Assembly: GCA_026709625.1 (NCBI GenBank)
Contig: JAPOSR010000044.1
Location: 186-64,185 of the forward strand
Length of the DNA: 64,000 nt
Source: Chloroflexota bacterium
GTDB lineage: Bacteria > Chloroflexota > Anaerolineae > Aggregatilineales > Phototrophicaceae
Reading direction: 5' to 3'
Numbering within the stretch: position 1 is the stretch's first letter; every line of letters starts with the position of its first letter. A program made the translations under genes and the position numbers. This document shows positions 10,098 through 18,047 of the stretch, one piece after another. The notes beneath the pieces are model-generated. The model was not told the DNA's origin and ran no database searches. It saw nothing but the letters and a program-made list of their open reading frames with translations.

Positions 10098-10343
10098 ATG
10101 AGTGAGTTTGGCAAGAGCCTGTTGAAGGGAGCAAAGCAAGCCGCGGACATCGCAGCGGGAAGAGCCAAACCCGGCACCTATCGCATCACCGCCTATGATG
10201 ATAAAGGCACGCCCCTTGTCATCGCCGATTTCAGTGAAGACGTATTGACGCGGATCGACACAGAGATCGCGGCCGAGCGAGAGAGAACACAGCCCGCCGA
10301 GCCTGCGACTATCCGGCAGCTTACCAATACTATAGCCAAGTGA
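10098..10343 (+). CDS. Small hypothetical protein with an antitoxin-like N-terminus and no recognisable HTH
   Basis: MSEFGKSLLKGAKQAADIAAGRAKP resembles the first helix of XRE-type antitoxins that follow such toxins. The remainder is unrelated. ATG at 10098 preferred over the TTG at 10089. Confidence 0.4.
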   Translation: MSEFGKSLLKGAKQAADIAAGRAKPGTYRITAYDDKGTPLVIADFSEDVLTRIDTEIAAERERTQPAEPATIRQLTNTIAK

Positions 10344-10352
10344 AAGCTTGAT

Positions 10353-11090
10353 ATGCCACTACAAACCCTGACTGACGCCACCTTCGCCCGCCGGACGCGC
10401 CGCGCGCCTGCGCTCATCCTGCTCTCCAGCGGCAGCGACAAATTGCGCAGCGATTTCAAAACCGCCTTTGTCAAAGCCGCCGATGAAGAAGCGGGCATCT
10501 TGTTTGCCCAGGTCGAGCCCGACAACAATCCACAACTGTGCGAGCGCTTCGCCTACCAAAATAAAGCGCTGCTGATTGGCTTGTATCGCGGCGAGGCGCT
10601 GGTGCGGCGTTCGCGTCCCTGGTCCAGCGACCTGCCCGACTTCATCCAGCAGCTGCACGCAGCGCGCGAAGCCGATGACCCACCCGCCAAGCCCATCAAG
10701 AAAGCCAAACCCAAACGCAAGCCGCTCAGCAAGCCGATGGATGTGAGCGACGCCACTTTCGAGAAAGAAGCCATCGCCGCCTCGCAGGATCTGCCGGTGC
10801 TGGTGGATTTCTGGGCGGAATGGTGCGGTCCCTGCCGACAAGTCGCGCCTATCCTGGAGAAGCTGGCGGCTGAATACGCCGGGCAGATCCGCATCGTCAA
10901 GGTAGATACCGATGCCAATCCCGGACTCAGCCAGGCATTCCAAATCCGCAGTATCCCGACTATCGCCATGTTCAAGGCGGGCCAGCTGATCTTCATGCAG
11001 CCCGGCGCGCTGCCCGAAGCCTCGTTCCGCGACTTGATCAAACAAGCGCTCGCGCTGGAAGCGCCGGCCGTCGGCGCGCCCGCCAGCTAG
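10353..11090 (+). CDS. trxA: Two-domain thioredoxin: degenerate N-terminal Trx-like domain plus canonical WCGPC thioredoxin
   Basis: C-terminal half reads VLVDFWAEWCGPCRQVAPILEKLA..IRSIPTIAMFK. The N-terminal ~100 aa is Trx-like but lacks CxxC. A lysine/proline-rich linker joins them. Confidence 0.8.
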   Translation: MPLQTLTDATFARRTRRAPALILLSSGSDKLRSDFKTAFVKAADEEAGILFAQVEPDNNPQLCERFAYQNKALLIGLYRGEALVRRSRPWSSDLPDFIQQLHAAREADDPPAKPIKKAKPKRKPLSKPMDVSDATFEKEAIAASQDLPVLVDFWAEWCGPCRQVAPILEKLAAEYAGQIRIVKVDTDANPGLSQAFQIRSIPTIAMFKAGQLIFMQPGALPEASFRDLIKQALALEAPAVGAPAS

Positions 11091-11129
11091 GAACGACTCG
11101 CTAGCCGGATACTCGCCCGCTTGGGCGAT

Positions 11130-12233
11130 TCACCGCCCGATTAATGCATGCAGCTGCCCTAGCTCATGCGGCGGATGGAACATGTTGGGCGGATGCCGGT
11201 CGCGCCCGTCCAGCGCGCCGATGTAGGTCTGCGTGGTCTGCAAACTGGCATGACCCAGATTTTGGCGAATGCGCTCCAGATCCATGCCAAAGTCATAGGC
11301 ATTGCGCGCATAGGTGCGGCGCAAATCGTGCGGCTTGACCAAGCGCAGCGCCCCGTCGATGCTGATTGGATAGTTGTTCATGATGTCGTTGATAGTCCAT
11401 GCGCCGATGCCCCGCGCGCCGATAGTCCGGTTGCCCTTGAGAATCCTGCGGAAAACCGGCCCCGCTTTAATCTGCGCCTCGCCCTGCCAGGCATCGACAT
11501 ACAGCAGGCACCAATTCAGCGGACCATACGGAATCAGCCGTTGTTTGCCGCCCTTGCCTTCACGCACACGCAGCGACAATTCGCCGCCCAGCTGTTGGCG
11601 CAGGTCATCCACCTGCAAAGCCGCCGCTTCGGCCGCGCGGACGCCCGTGCAGACCATCAGCGTCATCAAAGCCGTATCGCGCAGTCCACGCAGGCTGCTG
11701 ATGCCCGGCGCGCCCAGCAGAGCGCTGACCTGGTAAGGCTTCAAACGCAGGTGCTCGCTATCGGCGCGGTCTTGCAACTCGACCACTTTGATTGGCGCGG
11801 CTGTCGGATGCAGGTCGTTGGCCAAGCGCACAAAAAATTCATCCACCAGCGCGCGCTGCTCGGTTTCGCTGGCTTCTGGATTGGCAAGCTCGTACAGACG
11901 GTCGCGGATTTCGTTGCTGCGCGTGAGTTCTTTGTAGCGACCGCGGATGGTAGCCAGATGCGCCAGCGCCGTCTGTGGCGAGAGCGTTGCCGCCTTGATT
12001 TGGTTTTGCTTGTTGGCGCGCGTGCGCGTGTGCAGCAAATAATCTCGATACGCGCGCAGATCAGGTTGATACCAATGAAGCCCGGCGCGCGTCAGCCAGT
12101 CGATAAAGAAGCCCAGGCGTGATTTTTGGTCTTTGTTGGGCGCAGACGGCATCAGCGCCGCCATATTGTCACGATGCAGCTGCGCCTGTCGCTGCGACAA
12201 GTCGGCGTGGCGGGTGGCATCGGCAAGTGTCAT
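11130..12233 (-). CDS. Tyrosine site-specific recombinase (phage integrase family)
   Basis: TGVRAAEAAAL (Arg I), HDLRRTYA (H-x-x-R), GHASLQTTQTYIG (His and Tyr nucleophile). Start taken at MTLADAT inside ORF 11130-12299. Confidence 0.85.
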   Translation of the reverse strand: MTLADATRHADLSQRQAQLHRDNMAALMPSAPNKDQKSRLGFFIDWLTRAGLHWYQPDLRAYRDYLLHTRTRANKQNQIKAATLSPQTALAHLATIRGRYKELTRSNEIRDRLYELANPEASETEQRALVDEFFVRLANDLHPTAAPIKVVELQDRADSEHLRLKPYQVSALLGAPGISSLRGLRDTALMTLMVCTGVRAAEAAALQVDDLRQQLGGELSLRVREGKGGKQRLIPYGPLNWCLLYVDAWQGEAQIKAGPVFRRILKGNRTIGARGIGAWTINDIMNNYPISIDGALRLVKPHDLRRTYARNAYDFGMDLERIRQNLGHASLQTTQTYIGALDGRDRHPPNMFHPPHELGQLHALIGR

Positions 12234-12401
12234 GCCGCGCAGTATAGCGCAGAAGAACATCCAAGTAAGCGAGCAAAATCGAAACCAAAAAGAAACCAAG
12301 ATTCTTTACAAAGAGGCTCGGGCTTTTTTCGCCCCTACAGCAATGCCCCAAGCAGGTCTATAATCGGCGGCATTCTATGGGCGACCAACAAGGCGAGCGC
12401 C

Positions 12402-13394
12402 ATGAGCGGTGTGGCAGAAATCGGACCGGAGCAATTTGGCGAGCTGGCGCGCAGCCTCGAGGCGGAGGTCGGCAAAGTCATCGTCGGGCAGCGCGATGTC
12501 TTGCGCAGCGCGTTGATCTGCGTGTTGGCTGGCGGGCATGCCCTGTTGGAAGGCGTGCCGGGCTTGGGCAAGACGATGCTCATCCGCACGTTGGGCGACG
12601 CGCTCGATTTGCAATTTTCACGCATCCAGTTCACGCCTGATTTGATGCCCGCCGATATTGTCGGCACAGATATCTTGGAAGATACGGAAGACGGGCGGCG
12701 ACAGTTTCGCTTTCAGTCGGGGCCGATCTTCGCCAATCTCGTGCTGGCTGACGAAATCAACCGCGCCACACCCAAAACGCAATCCGCCATGCTCGAAGCC
12801 ATGCAAGAAAAAACGGTCACCGTCGCTGGCCGCCGCTATGAGCTGGAGGTGCCGTTTTTTGTGCTCGCCACCCAAAACCCGCTGGAAATGGAAGGCACTT
12901 ACCCGCTGCCCGAAGCGCAGCTAGACCGTTTCCTGTTCAAGGTGAATGTGCCATTCCCCGATGTGCAAGATCTCGTCAATATCTTGGAGCGCACGACCGG
13001 CGTCGAGCCGCCGCAAGCCAGCAAGGTCGCCGATGGGGCGCAGGTGCTGGGCATGGGCAAGCTGGCATTGAGCACGCCGATCGCCAGCCATGTCAGCGCC
13101 TATGTAGCGCGCCTGGTGGTGGCTACACATCCCGAGCAAGCCGCTGGCGCTTCGCTAATCAAGCGCTATGCCCGGTATGGAGCGAGCCCACGCGGAGCGC
13201 AGGCGCTCATCATCGGCGCAAAGATCAACGCGCTGCTGGATGGGCGCAACAATGTCGCCTTTGACGATGTCGCGGCAATCGCCCATGCCGCTTTGCGTCA
13301 TCGCATTCTGCTCAACTTCGATGCCCAAGCCGATGGCATCAGCGCCGATGACCTCGTTGATGATGCGCTGAAAGCCGTGCCCAAGACGATGTGA
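12402..13394 (+). CDS. MoxR-family AAA+ ATPase
   Basis: VIVGQRDVLRSALICVLAGGHALLEGVPGLGKTML, FSRIQFTPDLMPADIVG, LADEINRATPKTQSAMLEAMQE, ATQNPLEMEGTYPLPEAQLDRF. ATG at 12402. Confidence 0.9.
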   Translation: MSGVAEIGPEQFGELARSLEAEVGKVIVGQRDVLRSALICVLAGGHALLEGVPGLGKTMLIRTLGDALDLQFSRIQFTPDLMPADIVGTDILEDTEDGRRQFRFQSGPIFANLVLADEINRATPKTQSAMLEAMQEKTVTVAGRRYELEVPFFVLATQNPLEMEGTYPLPEAQLDRFLFKVNVPFPDVQDLVNILERTTGVEPPQASKVADGAQVLGMGKLALSTPIASHVSAYVARLVVATHPEQAAGASLIKRYARYGASPRGAQALIIGAKINALLDGRNNVAFDDVAAIAHAALRHRILLNFDAQADGISADDLVDDALKAVPKTM

Positions 13395-13537
13395 AGAGAG
13401 GCTTTCTGAGGGAGCGGAGTATCTCCAAGCAAACTCGCAGGAAAAAACAGCCTGTCGATGCGCGATCAGCAGCCTGGCTTGTTTGTTCGCCAGCGAGACC
13501 ACACCGACAGGCAATCCCGACTATAGCTGGCATAGAA

Positions 13538-13810
13538 TCAATTCACGGCATTGGCCAAGCTAGCGCCCGGCTTGAATCTGATCACCTTCTTGGCGGCGAT
13601 GTGAATGCTCTCACCACTGCTGGGGTTGCGGCCCATGCGCGCGGGGCGTTCGTTGACCGACCAAGTGCCAAAGCCGACCAACTGCACGCGGTCGCCACCG
13701 ACCAGGGCTTCTTCGACGGCCTCAAGCATCGCCGCCAGAGCCTCGCCTGACTGCTTCTTGTCCAGACCGGATTTCGCAGCAATCGCTTCAACCAATTCTG
13801 CCTTGTTCAT
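13538..13810 (-). CDS. hup: HU-family DNA-binding protein
   Basis: MNKAELVEAIAAKSGLDKKQ..VQLVGFGTWSVNERPARMGRNPSSGESIHIAAKKVIRFKPG. Confidence 0.9.
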   Translation of the reverse strand: MNKAELVEAIAAKSGLDKKQSGEALAAMLEAVEEALVGGDRVQLVGFGTWSVNERPARMGRNPSSGESIHIAAKKVIRFKPGASLANAVN

Positions 13811-13895
13811 TGCTCTCGCTCCTTCAAGCACAAGTTACAGCAAGCAGTATAGCAACTTTCAGCAAACTTGCCGTACAAATGTAGACTGGTTTTTT

Positions 13896-14867
13896 TCAAC
13901 TGGCAGACCGCGCCAAGAAGTTTTCGACCTCGTCCAGCCGCGGCAAAGCGCCACGACCACCCAGCGCGCGGCAATTCAACGCGCCGACAGCAGCAGCGAA
14001 AGTTGCCATGCGCGGCACATCCCAGCCTTGCAGCAGCGCGTACATGAATGCGCCGTGATAAGCATCGCCCGCGCCAGTCGTATCAACCACATCCACCGCA
14101 AAGGCGGGAAAAGCTCGTGTCTGCCCGCCCCAACTCGCCACGGCGCCACGCTCGCCCAGGGTGACGATTGCGATCTGCGCGCCCGCCTGGCAAAGGCGCT
14201 CGGCAACCACGCTGGCCGGCTGGCCGGGCAGCCAAGCGCGCGCCCAGGCTTCGGGAACGATGGGCACAGTGACATATTCCAGCAGCGGCTCGACCTCCGC
14301 GTAGGGCTGGGACGGATCAAGCACGACATGCCTGCCCGCTTCCCGCGCCCACTTCGCCGCTTGCAACGTCGATTCATTGTATTTGTCGACAAACAGAACA
14401 CGCGCGCCGCAGATGTCTTCGCGCCGCAATTCTCGCGCAGCCACAGCTTGGCTCGTGGGCAAGCGAGTCATGATGCTGCGGTCGCCCGATGGCTCGTCCA
14501 CGACGATCACCGATACATGCGACTCGCCCCCCGCCGCGACCAGCAGCCGCGAGACATCGATACCTTCGGCAAGCAGCCCGGCGCGGATATAAGCGCCGGC
14601 ATCATCATCGCCGATGCGCGCAATGAGCTGGGCACGAGCGCCCAGGCGAGCTGCGGCGATCAAGGCGATGGAAGCGAGCCCGCCCAGTTCCCGCGCAAAC
14701 CGGCGAGCGCGCATATTTTCGTTGCGCTGCGGCAGGCGCGGCACGATCACCAAATAATCGACCGTGCAGACGCCAATGCCGATGATGTCGGGCGCATTGT
14801 TCACTGGCTTACCCTTTTCCTCACCTGCATACGCGCTTGCGCAAGCCATCATTGTAGCGCAAGCCAC
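13896..14867 (-). CDS. PfkB-family carbohydrate kinase
   Basis: N-terminal IGIGVCTVDYLV and C-terminal VVDTTGAGDAYHGAFMYALLQG (PfkB signature 2). Exact start uncertain. Confidence 0.8.
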   Translation of the reverse strand: MACATMMACASAYAGEEKGKPVNNAPDIIGIGVCTVDYLVIVPRLPQRNENMRARRFARELGGLASIALIAAARLGARAQLIARIGDDDAGAYIRAGLLAEGIDVSRLLVAAGGESHVSVIVVDEPSGDRSIMTRLPTSQAVAARELRREDICGARVLFVDKYNESTLQAAKWAREAGRHVVLDPSQPYAEVEPLLEYVTVPIVPEAWARAWLPGQPASVVAERLCQAGAQIAIVTLGERGAVASWGGQTRAFPAFAVDVVDTTGAGDAYHGAFMYALLQGWDVPRMATFAAAVGALNCRALGGRGALPRLDEVENFLARSAS

Positions 14868-15012
14868 ATTGCTCGCCCGCGTTTCTGCCTCTATGCCCTC
14901 TGTGGCAAATAGTTTTTTTTCACAATTTTCATGATTCTACTTCTGTTCTCTGTGCGCATTCTGTCGTTACAATAGAAAGAATCATTCACATGCCAACGAG
15001 GAGTCAATCACC

Positions 15013-15489
15013 ATGCAAACCCGCGCCGAAAGCATCGCCGCCATCCGCGCCCTGCCCGCCCAGCTGCGCGAAAAAGTCGCGGGCTTGTCGCCCGAGCAGC
15101 TGACCACCGCCTACAATGCGCCCGAATGGACGATCGCCCAAAATATCCACCACCTGGCTGACACGCACATGGTCTGCATCCGCCGCTTCAAGCTGATTTT
15201 GACCAGCCCCAGCTTCCAGTTCACTGGCTACGATGTCAATGCCATCGCCGAAATGCCCGATGCCAAAGATGCCGACATCGAATACTCGCTGAAAATCCTT
15301 GATGGTCTGCAAGCGCGCTGGGCGATTTTGCTGGAAAACATGAGCGATGACGACTGGGCAAAAGCGGGCCGCGCAGCCAGCCCCGACCGCCCGGATTACA
15401 GCCTGGAAGACCTGGCGCGCCTCTATGCCCGGCACGGAATCAACCACCTGCAGCAGATCCAGGAGGTGCTGGACAAAATGCCCGCATGA
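15013..15489 (+). CDS. DinB/YfiT-like metal-dependent four-helix-bundle protein
   Basis: EWTIAQNIHHLADTHM and a C-terminal ..YARHGINHLQQI histidine pattern. About 158 aa. Confidence 0.7.
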   Translation: MQTRAESIAAIRALPAQLREKVAGLSPEQLTTAYNAPEWTIAQNIHHLADTHMVCIRRFKLILTSPSFQFTGYDVNAIAEMPDAKDADIEYSLKILDGLQARWAILLENMSDDDWAKAGRAASPDRPDYSLEDLARLYARHGINHLQQIQEVLDKMPA

Positions 15490-15680
15490 ACGGAAGCAGC
15501 TTCGTCATTGAAACGCCGCCACAGTTCGATTTTCTTCAGACCGTCCTCAGCCACGGCTGGGTTATGCTGGCTCCATTCCGATGGGCTGCTGCAAGGGGGC
15601 GGCTCAGCTATGTATATCAAAGCGAGGCGGGCGCTGTGCTGCGGCTGGACAATGTGCGTTACTGGTCCACCCGCGATTAA
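15486..15680 (+). CDS. Short ORF, possibly the N-terminal fragment of a larger gene (DNA-glycosylase-like N-terminus?)
   Basis: ATGA overlap with the upstream stop suggests translational coupling. The 64-aa ORF ends where the convergent peptidase gene ends. The family guess (FDFLQTVLSHGW..PFRW) is weak. Confidence 0.3.
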   Translation: MNGSSFVIETPPQFDFLQTVLSHGWVMLAPFRWAAARGRLSYVYQSEAGAVLRLDNVRYWSTRD

Positions 15681-17107
15681 CCTGCTGTTATGAATACCGC
15701 CGCATCGGCTTTCAGTTTTGCCAGCGAGGCTTCGTGCAGGTACATCATGTGCCCGGCTTCGTACTCAGCGATTGTCACATTGCCGCGCAGGTCGCTGTCC
15801 AGACCCATGTGCGCCAGCGAATAATAGGCAGCCTGGAATGGAGTGGCCAGGTCATAATAGCCTTGCGCCACCAACACGCGCATGAAGGGATTCTTGGCGA
15901 AGGCAGCGCGCAGTCTCTCGCTGGTATCGGGAAATTCGCCACCCGCATATTGCCAATTTTCACCGACGCGGGAGCTCAATATCTCATAATTCAAGTCGCT
16001 TTCATAACGAAGCTGCTGACGGATGTATTGGTTGAATACAGCGTTGTAAGGCGGGATGATGGCGTGCATGGACGGGTCGAAGTCGAAGCGCTGCCCCTCT
16101 GCCGAAGCCATGATGCCGACAAAGCGCGAATCCAGCCGCCCGACCGCTCGTTTGTCATCGCGCAGCAGCTCTTTGCAAAAGCTCATGATATGGATGCGCA
16201 GGTCTGCGCCCAATACAAAACGAGTCGACAAGCCGGTGTATTGCGAAAGCCGCTCCGCCACCGCCTGGCGCTCATCGCCAGACAAGCGATCGCCCTTTGC
16301 CAGCGCAGTTGTATAGTCGCCTTCCGCCCACTCCGCGACTTCAGCCAGCAAGGGCCGCAGCTCCCGCGCATTCAACTCTTTGGACAGCGCGCCATGATAA
16401 TGAGCGGTGGCGCAATAGCTGGGCACATAGAGCGCATAAGGCAGGTCGTTGCCTTTGCTAAAGCGCAGGGTCTGAAAGTTCATCACGGTGGAAATCAAGA
16501 CGATGCCATTGAAGGCGATGCCGCGATCAATCAAGTAGCCAGCCAAGCCCGCCGCGCGCGTCGTGCCATAGCTCTCGCCAGCCAGATACAACGGCGATGC
16601 CCAGCGTTGGTTGCGCGACAGATACAGGCGAATGAACTCGCCCACCGCTTCCAGATCGGCTTCGAGCCCCCAGTACTTCTTGTTGTCGTCTGGATCAGCC
16701 GCGCGAGAATAGCCTGTGCCAACCGGGTCAATGAAGACCAGGTCGCCCAGACCAAGCCAGGTATGCGCGTTGTCGATGAGCTTGTAGGGCGGCGGCGGCA
16801 TAAAACCTTCCGCGCCCATGTCGACGCGTTTGGGCCCCAGCGCGCCCATGTGCAGCCAGATTGACGCCGAGCCAGGCCCACCGTTGAAGACGAATATCAA
16901 CGGGCGAGCAGCGCTGTCAGCCGAATCCAGCTGATAAGCCGTGTAGAAAATCTGCGCGGCGATCTCGCCCTGTTCGTCTTTGAGCGGCAGCATGCCGGCC
17001 GTGGCGCGATAGACAAGCTCACCCGCTGGCAGCGAGATGCTGTGCGCAGTCGTGATGGGCGGCTGCTCAGTGATGACGGGTTTATCGCTATCTTTAGTTT
17101 CAGTCAT
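15677..17107 (-). CDS. Serine carboxypeptidase, peptidase S10 family
   Basis: FVFNGGPGSASIWLHMGALGP and YLAGESYGTTRAAG (catalytic Ser). Start MTETKDSD at 17107 inside ORF 15677-17470. Confidence 0.85.
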   Translation of the reverse strand: MTETKDSDKPVITEQPPITTAHSISLPAGELVYRATAGMLPLKDEQGEIAAQIFYTAYQLDSADSAARPLIFVFNGGPGSASIWLHMGALGPKRVDMGAEGFMPPPPYKLIDNAHTWLGLGDLVFIDPVGTGYSRAADPDDNKKYWGLEADLEAVGEFIRLYLSRNQRWASPLYLAGESYGTTRAAGLAGYLIDRGIAFNGIVLISTVMNFQTLRFSKGNDLPYALYVPSYCATAHYHGALSKELNARELRPLLAEVAEWAEGDYTTALAKGDRLSGDERQAVAERLSQYTGLSTRFVLGADLRIHIMSFCKELLRDDKRAVGRLDSRFVGIMASAEGQRFDFDPSMHAIIPPYNAVFNQYIRQQLRYESDLNYEILSSRVGENWQYAGGEFPDTSERLRAAFAKNPFMRVLVAQGYYDLATPFQAAYYSLAHMGLDSDLRGNVTIAEYEAGHMMYLHEASLAKLKADAAVFITAG

Positions 17108-17228
17108 GGTTGCGCTCGCATAAAAAATGTCAAATTGGATAAGTAGATTTAACCACAGAGGGCAGCGAAGGCACAGAGTGAAAAGATGCGCGCGTATCGG
17201 ATCTGTCAGTGGTGGCTGTCTCGGCAAT

Positions 17229-17257
17229 TTGGACATGCCGCCAAACTGCGCTAAACT
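17229..17257 (+). promoter_or_regulatory. Sigma70-like promoter candidate
   Basis: TTGGAC, 17-nt spacer, TAAACT. Overlaps the ORF-track ATG at 17258, which argues for the ATG at 17291 (GGAG 9 nt upstream) as the true start. Confidence 0.35.
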
Positions 17258-17290
17258 ATGAGTGGCGAGAGTGGCAAGCTGGAGTTTGGA

Positions 17291-17896
17291 ATGAATTTCG
17301 ACACAAACGTTTCTCTGGAACTCGTCTTGACAGTGTTGGCGATTTTGGGCGCGGTCTGGCGCATACAGCATGTGCTGGAGGCGCGGATAGACGATTTGCG
17401 CAAGGAACTCAAAGCCGACAATGGTGCCTTGCGTGAACAAATGCAGGCTGGCGACACCGCCTTGCGCCACGAAATCAGCAATTTGCGTGAGGAGATGCAG
17501 GCTGGCGACACCGCGCTGCGTGAGGAGATGCTAGCTGGACACGCAGCCTTGCGTGAGGAGATGCAGGCTGGACACGCAGCCTTGCGTGAGGAGATGCTAG
17601 CTGGACACGCAGCCTTGCGTGAGGATATGCAGGCTGGCGACACCGCGCTGCGTGAGGAGATGCAGACTGGACACGCAGCCTTGCGCGAGGATATGCAGGC
17701 TGGCGACACCGCGCTGCGCGAGGATATGCAGACTGGACACGCAGCCTTGCGTGAAGAAATGCTAGCTGGACACGCGGCAATTCGCGCAGACATGCGCCGT
17801 ATAGAAGATAAAGTAGACGACAATACTCAGCGCCTGGCGCGCCTCGAGGGCATCGTTCTCGCGCGTGAAGGCATGGTCGGGACCATCGTCGAGTAA
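17291..17896 (+). CDS. N-terminally membrane-anchored protein made of 11-residue (hendecad) repeats
   Basis: TM helix LELVLTVLAILGAVW, then ~11 units of ALRE(E/D)M(Q/L)(A/T)G(H/D)(A/T), then a C-terminal RIEDKVDDNTQRLARLEG. Confidence 0.7.
   Translation: MNFDTNVSLELVLTVLAILGAVWRIQHVLEARIDDLRKELKADNGALREQMQAGDTALRHEISNLREEMQAGDTALREEMLAGHAALREEMQAGHAALREEMLAGHAALREDMQAGDTALREEMQTGHAALREDMQAGDTALREDMQTGHAALREEMLAGHAAIRADMRRIEDKVDDNTQRLARLEGIVLAREGMVGTIVE
17426..17809 (+). repeat. In-frame 33-bp tandem repeat array (~11 units)
   Basis: Repeating gccttgcgtgaggagatgc(a/t)(g/a)gctgg(a/c)cac(g/c)c(a/g) units are visible directly in lines 17461-17760. They encode the ALREEMQAGHA units. Confidence 0.9.
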
Positions 17897-18047
17897 CCCA
17901 ACGACAGCTCACGATTCACAGAGTCTGTCTTCGCCTTCGTTGCTCGTCCGCAGTTCAATACATGTTGATGCGATTGCCCCGCGCCACCAAGCCTGCTAGA
18001 ATAAGGCTAGACAGGCAGGCTGCATAGCGTCGGGAGGCAGCGACCCA

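Noticed and set aside
11091-12401. tRNA or att site expected next to the tyrosine recombinase
   Set aside because: Reading both flanks by eye, I saw no cloverleaf-like sequence (no GTTCGAATC-type T-loop with an acceptor stem) and no direct repeats. This cannot be excluded without tRNAscan.
13605-14912. 435-aa plus-strand ORF overlapping the HU and PfkB genes
   Set aside because: It spans two well-supported minus-strand genes and their intergenic region. The product is Ala/Arg/Ser-rich with no recognisable domain.
17426-17809. Regular ~33-bp repeats that could be mistaken for a CRISPR array
   Set aside because: The units are contiguous with no unique spacers. They are in frame within a long ORF and translate to a clean 11-residue protein repeat. 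No cas genes are present in the window.
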